Source: Lama glama (taxonomy: Eukaryota). Taken from it: DNA of 64,000 bases. Shown here piece by piece: positions 27,050-39,657 of the stretch. The stretch's first letter is position 1. Every line of letters begins with the position of its first letter. A model generated the notes under the pieces. That model was not told where the DNA came from, searched no databases, and saw only the letters and a list, made by a program, of their open reading frames with translations. Position numbers and translations under genes: made by a program. The stretch covers positions 20,710,001 through 20,774,000 of the forward strand of contig CM052832.1 of the NCBI GenBank assembly GCA_028534125.1, written 5' to 3'.

Positions 27050-29479
27050 GAAGAGTAAGAGTTTTGATAAATCTGAAGTTTAGATGGCATATGATAGACA
27101 CAGCAAGCTTTTCCTTCTAGAACAACAAAAACTTTTTGTGTCTTCCTGGCTTCGCTTTCTTTCCTCTCCACCCACCAGTTTGGTGACTGCTGTTGAGTGA
27201 AGGATGCACACTGTGGGCTGCAGTCACTCCACAGTGAGCCATAATAAAGGCCCAGAGGAGCCCCACTGGGCAAACACTAACAATTACACACTCATTGATG
27301 AGACATATAAAAGGCATATAATTTCTAGAGTTTATCAACCCATTGTTCTCTACATCCTATTTCAAAACTGAATCATCCAGTAAGGAAAACTGACTTAGGG
27401 GATCACAGTAATATATAGGTAGAAAATCATTTTTAAATGGGAGCATTAATGGATTATAATTGCGGGGACTGATTATTACTGTTGCAATTTTATTTCTTTT
27501 AATTCTCTGGTACATCAGGTTAACAATATATTATGAATATTAGTACCAACATAGAGACACATGGTACTGAAAGTATAGTGGATAGAGAAAGACAAAGGCA
27601 GAATACGAGGCAGGAAGTGAAATTATGGAAAGTCAGCAATGGTACCAGTAAGAGGGGCAGTGTGCCCTAGAGACAAAGCAAAGTTCTCAAAATTGTTTGA
27701 GAAGCCAAGAACAAGCTGGATATGAGGAATCAGCTTAACTTGTATACCAGAAACTGCACCAGAAGGAAAATTAAATTCATAAAAATATGAGGGAGCTAAA
27801 AGTCAAAATTCAGACAGTAAGAGAAGCTGAGTGAGGTGTGTGTAGACACTGCAATTCGGGAATAGAGGTAGATCTGAGAGCAAATATGAGTATCAGGAAA
27901 ACCAAAGCACAAGAGGGTCTGAAAAGTAAATCATCAAGAGGCTTGAGAGTCTAATCAAAAGAAAAAGAGAATCAACTTGGAAAATCAAAATACAAAGACT
28001 TGTGCAAATGGCAGAACCAGAGGCTGCTCAGGAGTGAAAGCTTGGACTTGGTGGACCAGGGAATGAAAGGCTCCAGCACCAAGAGCAAAACCTCTGGGGC
28101 AGGGCGCATATCTATCCACATCTGGGAATAACCCTGGTTTTAATGCTTGGACACTACAGCATCTAAAAGTGAAGGTAGGCAGGGAATTACATCTTGCTCT
28201 GACACTGAGTCAAAGACAATAGTGTTTATCAGTTTATTCTTCTCATTAACTCATAAGGTTAATGCATAGTCATCCAATGATAACTGAGACCTTCAGTTTA
28301 CAGTCTGGATGGCTCATTGAGACCCTTTTTCGTGATGCATTAGCTATCTGGATATGTTACATGATCATAAAATAACATTTTAACAGAACAAAATCATACA
28401 ATTGTTCATCTACCAATAAATGATTGATTACACTAGGACTCAAGGCATTCTGGTACACTTATTGCCTCATATAAAATCTAATTTAGATAAGGCTCAAAGT
28501 TCCACGTATGGTTAAATGTGTATTTATGTTTATGTACAACACACGTGTGTCTATACCCAGAAGTACAGGGGCACAAACATGTCTGTGTTACATGAGATAT
28601 TATTCCCCTTTGCTTGTCACCATAAGCTCTTAGAATGTTGAGAGATATGGTCCCACGTTTCTCCAACATATTTCTTCTTTTTGAGGGCCATTTCCTTTGT
28701 TTTCATCACCTAATTACAAATAACGATTTTGCTCTTAGATACGATGACCATTTCCAATTGACTAAGAGCAGAGAAAATCTAATAAGTGCTGATATCTTAT
28801 CCTTAATTAAATTACCATTCTTCTGATAAATTGGAAAAACCATCATGTTCAGATCTCATTCAGGATGATAAAATCTCTCTCATTCATCAGTCCTTGTCCA
28901 GGTTAAATTCTTGTTCACTTCAGTGCTGAATTCTGCTTACGTACAAAGGTCACTAGCTACATTATTCTTCCACTCTAAAATCAGGTTCCAGTATTTTTTT
29001 TTCTAGTTTCATGGGTAAAAAGCATATCAAGGTTTATTAACTTGATGGCACCAGGAAATTTAGGACAGACCTGACTACATCAGATTTTGTAGGCATCTTT
29101 TATAAATTCCCTTCTTAAAACATTTTTATAATAAGATTTTTTAATTATTTAAAACAATAAGAATAAAATACTTTAGATTAAAAGAAAATTTGCTTGTCTC
29201 CTGATATCCTTTTTATAAAAAGGAAAACGAGTAAACATTTTTGAAAATACTATGAATTATTTTTTATCCAACTGCACATAATGATACTTTATATAAAACA
29301 GATCATGGTTCATCTTATAACCATGGGAATGTTTATATTTTCAGTGCAGGATATCAAAAGATTTGTGTTTCGGTGAGTTTCAAAGAAAGATTTATCATCA
29401 TCCTCAAATTTACATGTACTTGAATCTTCCACTATACCTTATATCCTTCTGCTGATGACAATTATGAGCTCTGGGGAAA

Positions 29480-29582
29480 TAAAAAAGAAAGAAAAAGAGA
29501 GGAGGAGGAGTCAGGGGAGGGAGGAAGGAAGGAAGGAAAGAAGAAAGAAAAGGAGGAAGGAGAAAGAAAAGAAAAACAAGCA
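29480..29582 (+). repeat. GA-rich low-complexity purine tract
   Basis: aaagaaagaaaaagagaggaggaggag...ggaaggaaggaaag. Confidence 0.8.
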
Positions 29583-29679
29583 AAACCACACTTGAACATA
29601 CTGAAGATTAATACCAAATGCAAGGAATTTCTAGAGGACAGTTCATGTCCAGAAGAAGCAGATGACAACAATGATTTTT

Positions 29680-31290
29680 CTGTATCTTCTGGTTTTTAGC
29701 CTGAGAGCAAACTGCAATAACCTTCTGTTGGGTGGTTAAAACTCTGTTACAAACCCACAGTTATTCTGGGCACTTACAGCCACTCGAAAGTGAGGAGAGA
29801 ATCTCAGAAAGTAAAGACCCAGAGAAGAGAAGTCCCAAATTCTGTGGATAAATTCTGTGCAAATTTCTGGCTAACCTCTGGGTGTGTGGCAGACTCTAGG
29901 CAGCACACCTAAAGATTAAAGAACTGAACAAAGGTCCGAGACAAGACATGGAGTTTGAAGTTTGAGTCTTGTTAAGTTACTTGCCAGCTAAAACAAACAA
30001 ACAAAAGGCAATTCTCTTCAATAGATTATAACAAAATCCAAATACAGTATGTCATTTACAATTACAAGAATGCAATATAAAATAACTTGACATAGGATTA
30101 TATCTTTAAAAGACAATTAGCAGAGTTCAATCTTGAGATGACTGAGGAACTTGAGCAAACAATAACTTTAAAATGATTTTTATAACTATAATCAATGATA
30201 TGAAGATAAATATGTTCATAATAAATGAAAAGGTAGGGATCTCAGCAAAGAAAGTGAGTAAAAAGAACCAAAGAAAAAGTCTAGAAAAGTACGATATATA
30301 ATCTTTTCTTAAAAAAATTTACAGAATGGAGATGACAAAGATTCAGTCAACTTGAAGGCAGAACAACAGAAATTATCTAATCTGAAGAAAAAAATAGAAG
30401 AAAAATGAGCACAGCCTTATGGACCCTGGGATAATTTTTAAAGGTCCAATTTACATTTAACTGGTGTCTCAGAAGGAGAGACTATGGGGCAAAAATATTT
30501 AAATAAATAAATAGCCAGTAAGTTTTCAAACTGGTGAAAATAATAAATATATAGATATAAAAATCTGAATGACACCCAAGCAGTACAAATTCAAAGAATA
30601 TCATATCTCAGCATATTATAGTGAAACTATTTGAAACCCAGAATAGAAAAGTCCCTGAAAGCAACTAGAAGAAAAATAATACATGAAACACAGAAGAACA
30701 GTGATTAGTTAACAAATGACTTCTGATCTAAAATGATGGATGCCAGAAGATATTTGAATGACACATTCAAAGTGCTAAAGAAAAAAGAAAAATGTGAGCT
30801 GAGAATTTCATATTGAGCAAAGCTATTCCTCAAAACTAAAGGCAAAAAAGAGAAATTTTAGATTTTTTAAATGAGAGAATTTGTCATGAGCAAATCTTTA
30901 ATATAAGAAACGCTAAAAAACAAAAAGAAGAAAGTAAGAAATGCCAAAGGAAGTTTTTTGGTCTAATGGGACTTCCAGGAACCAATGGAGAACACCAAAA
31001 ACGGTAAGTTTTCAGATAAGTACATAAACATATATTCTCTCTTATTTTCTACGTAATACAGATAATTGCTTAAAGAAAAAAGCATAACGTTGTTTTGTGA
31101 GTTGTCCAATGTATGTACATATAACACATATGACAATTACAGCATAAAAGATGGAGAGGGTAGAAAATGGACCTATATAGTTTCAAGGTTTTTATACTTT
31201 ATGTGGAATAAGACATTATTAATATACCTAATTTGTAAAAAGTTATAGGCATCTATTGTAATTTCTAGAGTAACTACTAAAATATTAAGA
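29680..31290 (+). mobile_element. Highly degraded old L1 or HAL1 (5' region and ORF1 remnant)
   Basis: A-rich ORF1-like segments (tcagtcaacttgaagg...gaaattatctaatctgaagaa; catattatagtgaaact; acattcaaagtgctaaag); no intact ORF. Confidence 0.6.
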
Positions 31291-31396
31291 GAACTCAAAT
31301 ATCATAACTCATTTTCAAGACAGTGACTATCACCTCAATCAAATCTAAGGAAGTGAATAAATTTAGTTCCAATAGAATAATCACTGGTATTGCAAT

Positions 31397-32268
31397 TTAT
31401 TTTTAATTGAAGTATACTCAACTTAATTGACTTACAATTATACTACATTATAATTATGTTAGTTTCAGGTGTATAGCAGTGATTCAATATTTTTACACAT
31501 TTCAGAATGATCACCACAGTCAGTCTAGTGCCCCTCTGTCACCATGCACACCCGGAGTTGCTGGCTGTGGGGTAGAGGGGCTCCCAGAACTGGTGCCAGC
31601 CTGCTGGTCAGTGGGTGAGCCCCCAGCACTAACAGGCTCGAGCAGGGACTTCAAAATGGTGCCAGCCAGCACCAGTGTCCTCGTGGTAGAACAAGTTCCC
31701 AAAATGGCTGCCAGCATCTATATCCCCAGGGGGCGTCTCAATTGCCTCCTCCCTCCACAAGAGGCTCTCCAAGATCAGCAAGTGAGTCTGACCCAGTGCC
31801 TTTCAAATTATTTCCTCCATGCTGGGCCTCAGAGAAGGAGAGATTTTGCACATGCCCTTTTAGAGTGGAGTCTCCGTTTCCTACAGCCCTCCAGCCCTCC
31901 CATATGCAAGCCCTGTTGTCCGTCAAGGCCATTCTGGGGGCTCATCTTCCCAGAGCAGGATACTGGGGCTAGAGGGCCAGATATGGAGCCAGACCCTTCA
32001 CTCCTTGGGGAGCACCTCTGCAACTGTGCTTATCCTCCCACTGCGGGTCACCTACCCAGGGGTGTGGTCTCGCCCACACCACATCCTGCTCCTCCTACCC
32101 TTCTTGTTGTAGCTCTTTCTTTGTATCTTTAGTTGTGAAAATTTTTTTTCTGCTAGTCTTCAGGTCATTCTCATAGATAGTTGCTGTATAAATAGTTGTA
32201 ATTTTGGTGTTCCCCATGGGAGGAGGTGAGCTCAGAATCCTCCTACTCCACCGTCTTGGCCAATGAGA
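31397..32268 (-). mobile_element. L1-derived bipartite element: L1 5'UTR (about 31550-32268) fused to the terminal ~150 bp of an L1 3' end and its A-tail
   Basis: On the - strand it begins ggccaagacggtggagtaggaggattctgagctcacctcctccc (L1 5' start) and ends catggtgacagag...cacctgaaactaac...aaaaataaa; candidate TSD actggtattgcaat (31383-31396) and actggcatcacaat (32269-32282). Confidence 0.7.
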
Positions 32269-33288
32269 ACTGGCATCACAATCCTTAATAATTTTTTTTG
32301 CATTGTTTCTTTTCAATACATTCAGTGTGTGTTATTAATTACATTTTATGACAAATTTTAAGAGTTCAAAGGGATCTGTAAAGCACTGATTTAGTTACAA
32401 TAGTAATTTGATTCCTAATTTCAACTCTATTGTGAAGAGAATTTCCTATCACCAGTTCACATAAAGGCAAGTACACAACAATTTATCACAATATTGTTTA
32501 CAGTGGGAAGGGAGTAGGTATAATCTGCAAGAGTGGATAAGTCAAATGTGGAAGGGTTCAAGGAAGTATTGTAAAGGAGTTAGAAACAATAGACTAGATG
32601 TACACATAGCAACTTAAATGCATCTTCTAAATACAACTGAGTGAAGAAAAATCAAGATAAAGATCAGACAAAATCCAAAATCATACCTTTTAGGTAAATT
32701 TAAAATGGATGGTTACTTAACAATACACATCTAATAAAAACACTTTCAAACTAATTCATATAAACATGTTAGAATGGTTGTTTCTCAGAAAAGGAAAAGA
32801 AAGGGAGTACAAAAAAGGATGGTAGGTAGGTAGAAAGACAGACAGACAGACAGATAAAAAGAAATAATGGAGATAGCTATACACTGAGCAATACTGGTGA
32901 TGTATCGTGAGAGAATGGATAATCTCTACCTCTGTACCCACTTAAGGTCCATCGAAAAAAGGAAAGAAGAAAGAAAAGGAACTGAATTTTCTGAACACTG
33001 TTTTTTTACTTTTTTTTTTTCCTCTTTATTTTTCTGCTCTTGATAGCTGGGACTCACTTCCACACTAGTTTGATAACTTCAACTGATTGACAGGTTTTCT
33101 GAAAGTCTCATCAAACTGTGTTGCAGTAATTCTCAGCAATTAAAATTGAAAGCATTAAGCAGAGTATTTGCTGTGACCAGTGCATACGTAAGGTCAGATT
33201 TTTAACATCTTCACATTCTTAAGACCAAATGAAAAATAATTCATAGGCTTTAAATTTTTGATTTGTACCACTGTCTAATGATCTAGGC

Positions 33289-33487
33289 CAGAGGCTGACA
33301 AATTATAGCATGCATGCCAACTCCAGCAAACAAGTTATTTTTATACAGCCCATGAGATAAGAAAATTATTTATATTTTTAAGTAGTTTAATAAGTATTCA
33401 CAAAATATCCTAGATTCTGCCTGTTGGCTGACAAAGACTAAAAGATTTACCATCAAGCTCTTTAAGAAAAAGTTTGCTGACCTTTGA
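33289..33487. mobile_element. MER58-like hAT-Charlie element
   Basis: cagaggctgacaaatta...taaaagatttaccatc...gaaaaagtttgctgaccttt. Confidence 0.7.
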
Positions 33488-33599
33488 TCTAGACTGGAAA
33501 GACCAAAATGAAGTTTCTTATATTTATTTCTTCACATGACTGTGTCTCAGGTTATAAGAAATAGTTTTAGAAACAGGTTTTTTTTTGGCCAGCGAAAGA

Positions 33600-33988
33600 T
33601 TCTGTCACTGTCTGGCAACCCCCGAAGTCTCCTTGAATTTGGGCATGCTGGTGAACAGGAAGGAAGTGATGCTAAAAAACTTCCAAGGCTTGGGATGCTT
33701 GCTCTTACGACCCAGCTTCCATACTGTAAGGAAGCCCAGACCACATGAAGAGGCCATGAGTAGGTGTTTTGCTGGAAAGTCCCTTCTGAGGTTCCTGTGG
33801 ACATCCAGCATTAACTATCAGACATCTGAGTGAGGAAGCTTTTGAGATGCCTGTAGTCCTACCCACCACCTGCCTACCACCTGCATGAAAGATCCTAAGC
33901 AAGAACCCTTAGAAATAATACACTGATTGTAGCTGTTCAAGCCACTAAACTGGGGGTAATTTTCTCACAGCAGTAGATAATCAGAACA
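33600..33988 (+). mobile_element. MLT1G/H-like MaLR LTR
   Basis: ctgtaaggaagcccagaccacatgaagaggcc...aagccactaaactgggggtaattttctcacagcagtagataatcagaaca end. Confidence 0.7.
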
Positions 33989-35613
33989 ACCATCTATAGT
34001 CTCTTTTATGAAAGATGCAAAGAATATTCTTAACATTATTCAATGCATCATGAAATCAGTCCTGTACAGAGAGATCACTATTCCGAATGAGTTCTTTGAC
34101 CTATTCATTTCATGATACCTTGGCAGAATTAGATAGAACTGAAAGTAAGCTTCATGAGCAGAAGAGAACATGCAAAAATCAGGAACCTCTATAAGCCATG
34201 ACAAATCACATCCCTTAAATCTGGTAATAAAGTAACTATCACAATCATACAAGTACATTCTTAGTAAGCCAGAAATGGAGTCAATGGTCCTTTCTTATTC
34301 AATGATTTATGCGTAGGTCTGTATAATTTCTTAATAATGACATACATACAATTTCTTCCAAGAAATAAGCATATTTTTCCCTCCTAAATCTTGGAGTTTG
34401 CTCTGACATAAGCCTTTCTAAAAGATAAGGCTTAAGATACAAACTTATAATTTGGGGTTGTAATGAAAGTAAAGCAGTTTTAATGTCATTTTTATGAACT
34501 GTGCTAAAATGTGTTAGTTAAAAGGGAGAATATATAGAATAAAATATTTCATAACATTACAAAACATATTTTTGGTGTTATGTTGGGGATGATAAAGTTT
34601 TCTATGCTTATGATGACACTGAAGTAAACTCCAGGAAAAGACTTTTGAGTTTGTTTTTTTTTTTTTGGACAAGGACAAATCCATGACATTTTACAAAGCC
34701 TTTGGTCTTAACCTTGGAAATCTGGCTGCTTAGGATAAAGGCAGAGAAAATGAGCAGGAAAGCTCTAAAGGTGGGCTGCTATTATTAAATGCAAATATAT
34801 TCATTAAGGAATTGGCCAAACAGGAAGGTATATTCCATCTTCAATAAATTTTTTAAATATTCAAATATTCTGCAGGTGTGTGTTTATGAGTTAATTAACC
34901 TTTGAAGGAAGTAGTGGTTATCAGTGGAAATGGACTTGGGTGATAAGATGCTATCTAGACCTAAGTTTTCACCTTTTATTTTATATACATGTTATATAAA
35001 AATTTTAAATCCATTGGAGCTGCCTTATTTTCACTTTCATAGCCTTGACTTTCATGCTAAGTCACTGAAAGCTCCAGTGGCATCATTTTTACAGAATTTT
35101 TGAGTTGTATTGCTAGAAATAATTTCATATAATAGAAATGCTACATGTGATCTTTTTAAAGATATACTTTCTAAAAATGTTAAAACACTGATGAGAAATA
35201 AAAATATATATTTCGTGTAACATATTTTTGTGATCCACAGTGAAACTGTGACAATTATCTGAGTAATTCAGAACAGACACACACATCTATGGCCAGTCCT
35301 CCAAATACAGTGAGTAAAAGCGACTTACTGAATTTTTAAAGTTAAAATATTCAAGTAGTACTGGAAAAAATACACTCATCAGTGTGCAAGTTATAGAATT
35401 CTGCTCAGAGCACAAAAACACTGGTTCATCAGTATGTCATCAAGGTATTGGAAAAGTAAAAATTATTAATGATTTCACGAACAGTTGCTTAGAGTCTACA
35501 AAGCCTACTAAACACTTTGGCTGTTTTTAACTAATTTGCTCACATGTAAGCAAAAATTTAAAAGGTTCTGAACAAAAATAAGACACAGATGTACACAAGC
35601 AAATGCAAAGAAT

Positions 35614-35750
35614 ACAGTCAGCCCTCCACACCTAGCGATGTAGAGCCAACTGTCCTAAACGCCTCATTATGGAAGGATTTGAGCATCTGTGGATTTTGCA
35701 CCCAAGGGCTCCTAGAACCAATCCCTTGTGGATACCAAGGGACAAATGGA
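35614..35750. mobile_element. Short MER2-like Tigger derivative
   Basis: ta|cagtcagccctcca TIR; gagcatctgtggattttg...ctagaaccaatcccttgtggataccaagggac. Confidence 0.6.
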
Positions 35751-37967
35751 CTTACTGAAATTGCTTGAAAAAATTAGCAGGAAGAAACCTCCTGTCTTGA
35801 TATTTTTGAGATGAAAGTTCTCCTTAGATTGAATCACATAAATATTACTTCATTTTTTTCAACTTCATGTAGACAAGAATTTGGAAGATAGAGTTACTTC
35901 ACAGACTTATCTTCAAAAAATATTCGTAAATGGTAAAATACATGTTCCTATATGCTTGATGTGACCTTAATGAGAAAGCTTTATATAAACCAAACATGAA
36001 AACAGTCTCACAATTTCATAGCAGTTTCCAATATATGCATCCACAATTTTCTGTTTATCCAAATGGACATTATTACCCCTATTTTAAGGTGCAGCTGAAA
36101 GTAAAATCTAGCTCTTATTCTACAAGTTATTAACATAAACTTATAGCTATATTCTTTTTCTTTCTTTCTCTATAAAATTAATGCCTCTTTCTGGAAGAAA
36201 CACCCTATCTCTCATCTACTAAGTTAATTTATAAGGTAGGAATACAAAATGGCCTGTAAAAGAGAGAACATTCAAATGCCACATCACCTATAATGGTAAT
36301 AATAATATTGCTTCTCTCAAGTGGTCGACAGATAACCTTTTGTTTTTTTTTTAATCTACAAGAATTCTTTGACTTTCATTCTACTAATGATGTAGAATTG
36401 ACAAGTGAAAAAGTTAAATGAAGATTTTATGACATATGCAAGACTCACATTAGTAAAAGAATTCTTAGAGACCAAAATGGCAGATAAACCAAAGACCAAT
36501 TTGAAGAAGAAATAAAATTAATAGCTTTTCATTCCTTATCTACATAATTCATTAAGAAATATTTGAACAAATTATTGTTTTATAACATGACTTCGAATCA
36601 TACTCAAATTCTCTTTGGCAGTGGCAATGCTTCCTTAAAGGCGCCAAAGTATTGAAAACATACTATTTCTCTCTCCTCTCTTTTTGGGAACCCAATTACC
36701 TTGACACTTTTTCTGGAAGTAATATGTTTCTCATTTTTCTTCAAGGTCACATCTGTATCTCCTCACCAAGGCTCACTATCAGATGCAGAAGACACTCAGT
36801 GAGCTCAAGTAGTTAGCGGTACAGCAAGCAAAAGATCTGGAGTCTCCGTGCCAGTTCTGTCAATAATCAATTATGTTTACCACATTTTCTTCACCTGTCC
36901 AATGAGGTGTTTGGTTAGATTGACTCTATGGTTCCTCCAGTCTCAAACATTACGATGCAGACAAACTGGAGACTGTTCAGAAGCTGCCCTTCAGGATGAC
37001 TAATGTTCCCGATGGACGAACAGACCGAAATCGAAATGGACATAATCAGGAGAAAATAGAAGAGAAGCTATTATAAATATCCAGGTCAAGATAACCTGGA
37101 GAGAGGAGCAGAGAAAATTCGATGGATGTTAAAGAGGCAGAATAATTGCAACATACCAACCGGTTGAGTGTGAGTCAAGGGAGACAAAAGAAAAGGAAAC
37201 AAACACAACTTTGAGAGGTTAAGTGTGGGTGAAAAGAGGCGTTTAAGAGAAAAGCTGAAGAGTTAAAGATTTTCTTGTAATAATTCAGCATATCTTGGTT
37301 CAAAACATATTGTTTGAAATGCCTAGAGAGTAGATGGCAGCTCAGAAGTCAGGGAAAGAAAAATAGAGTTTGGATCATCTTCATGGATATGACAGGTTAA
37401 GTCATGACACTGAATATGACAGCCAGTGGGGAGAATGCAGGGTTGAATGTCAAGAAGTGTTGACAGCAAAGGAGTTATTATCAGAGTTATTTAGACTCAG
37501 GAATTAAATAATCACTGGTGACTATTAAGGGAAAGCAAAACAAAAACTGAACTACCAATAGATTTTTATTGCCCTGTGTTCTAACTTTTAGAAAACTGTT
37601 ACATATTCATCACGGCCAAACATAACATCATTTACTATAGACGTTTCACAGGTGTTTGAAATATATCCACACATATCATCTCCTACTCCTGTGTCTCGGT
37701 TAATTTCCGCTCGAATTTGCTTAGTACATGCTTTATGTTTGGGGTCCTATTAATATACACAAAAAGATTGTTGACAGCCTTGTCTCCACTGCTGGTTGTA
37801 CACAATATTACAGAGCATGACCCTCTGCTTTCACACTTATAGCCTTACATGGAAACTTGCCTATTAGTAGTTTTATTAATCCAACAACTTTAAATAATTT
37901 GCTTGATGTGGTTTTTGTGTTCTTACACCTGAACTTTTCTTAGCCACTTCATTTTAGATCCCAACAT

Positions 37968-38196
37968 TAGGTTTCTCAGCATTGGAGTTACTGACGTTTT
38001 GGATGGCATGACATTTTGTTTGGGGGACTGTGCTGTGTATGGTAAGGTATTCGGCAGCATCTCTGGTCTCTATCCGGTAGATGCCAGGAGCACCCCCACC
38101 TTCAGTTATGACAATCAAAGGTGTCTTCAGACATTGGCAAATGTCCCCTGGGGGATCAGAATCAACCCCTAACTCCTCAACCTTTGAAAACAACTG
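37968..38196 (-). mobile_element. MER20 (hAT-Charlie), about 4.8 kb upstream of the PRL TSS
   Basis: Reverse MER20 consensus: ggtttctcagc...gcagcatctctggtctctatccggtagatgccaggagcacc...agacattggcaaatgtcccctggggg...ttgaaaacaactg. Confidence 0.85.
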
Positions 38197-38749
38197 CTTT
38201 GGATGTATCACTTCTTTTGTTGGGATATATCATCTAATTGGGATTTGCCACTTTTAGGGAAACTTGGTCACTTTTTTCTTTTAATGAATAAATTTACACA
38301 GTGCTTGATGTTTTGATTCTATTCTGACCTCTAATTTTATATTTTTATTGCTTCTGTTTCCTTTCTTTTCTATCTTTTGTTAAATGGAAAATACATTTTC
38401 TCTGGGTGTGTATGTGTGTGTGTCGTATTCCTTTTTCTGAGAAGTTAAAAGGTTTATAATTGGTTCTCCATCTTCCAGTGGTTGTGAAGGTAACTTTGCA
38501 TCATGTGTTGACATCTTTTATTTTTTAAAAAATCAGCTGAACTACTGCTTACCAGCTCTCAAACATGAAAAAGATAATACACTCATACCTCCTTCCACCT
38601 TTGACAGAGGCGTAATTTTGCTAGCTGTTTAAAAAGCTTATTTGGTTGCTCATTTTATTAGAGTTAGGGAGAGTCAAGATTCTGTGGTGTCCTTATCTCA
38701 TAAATCCTCATCATCACCTTGTACCTTTACTTTCCCCTACAGTTTGAAA

Positions 38750-38880
38750 ACATATATTTTATATATATCCTAGTATATATCTACCCATCATCTACATACA
38801 TAGATATATAGAGTATAAAGTATATACATACACACACTTTGTATTTACATACTATATATATCTATACACACATACATATA
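38750..38880. repeat. TA/CA-rich simple repeat
   Basis: atatatatcc...tatatacatacacacac...tatatatatatctatacacacatacatata. Confidence 0.7.
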
Positions 38881-39610
38881 TTTCCTTTCATCAACAGAGC
38901 ATTCCATCAAATAATTATTTATATTTCAACCCCAAATGATAGAGTTTTGCCAACAGTTGTCACTTTAGTTAATCCCTGAATATCAGCACATATATTACAC
39001 TAGTAAGCCATGATGCACTTAATGAATAAGTAAGGAAAAAGATAGATGGACATGTCACAGCTAAGATATTTTAGACATGTTCTAATAGAAAAATGTATTG
39101 GAGGATGATGGGAGTGCAGACTGGAACCAGAGGATATTACTTCCTGTGAAGAACCTGCTCTATTTCTCAATCTGAATTTGCTCATTATATTGAGAAAGAT
39201 GAAGAGTGGAGAAAGGCTGGGGTGACAGTGCGTCAGCACACGTATGGCTCTATGAGTTATCGCAACATCCAAATACTTGTCTCAGGATACACACAGATTT
39301 GTTTCCCTGACTCCTCCTGAAGGCTCCAGCCCCTCCTCTGGGACCCCCACTGTCTCATGACAATGGAACAATTAAAGAACTGATGCCTGTCGGTTCCAGG
39401 AAACTCAAGGACACTGGTCTATTGCTAAAGCTTTCTGTTCTGTTTGGTGGTGCCTGTGATAATTATAAAATATAAAAGTATCCCTTGAAGAAGACATGGC
39501 TCAGAGTCCCATTTCCTATTAGACAATCAATCTCTCCCTCTCACTGGACGTGAGCATGCTTCAGATCTACTTCCCATTAGGCAAAGAATAAACCCCCTTA
39601 CCCTCCAGAT

Positions 39611-39645
<35 letters not shown>

Positions 39646-39657
39646 TACATACACACA
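39611..39657 (+). repeat. (AC)13 microsatellite with an imperfect tail
   Basis: Pure AC run 39611-39636. Confidence 0.95.

Noticed and set aside
25624..27273. Several 70-112 aa ORFs
   Set aside because: Decayed L1 ORF2 fragments or their antisense frames, not host genes.
38197..39600. Possible orthologue of human decidual exon 1a or MER39
   Set aside because: No LTR termini or MER39-like sequence recognised downstream of MER20, so an exon 1a call is unsupported.
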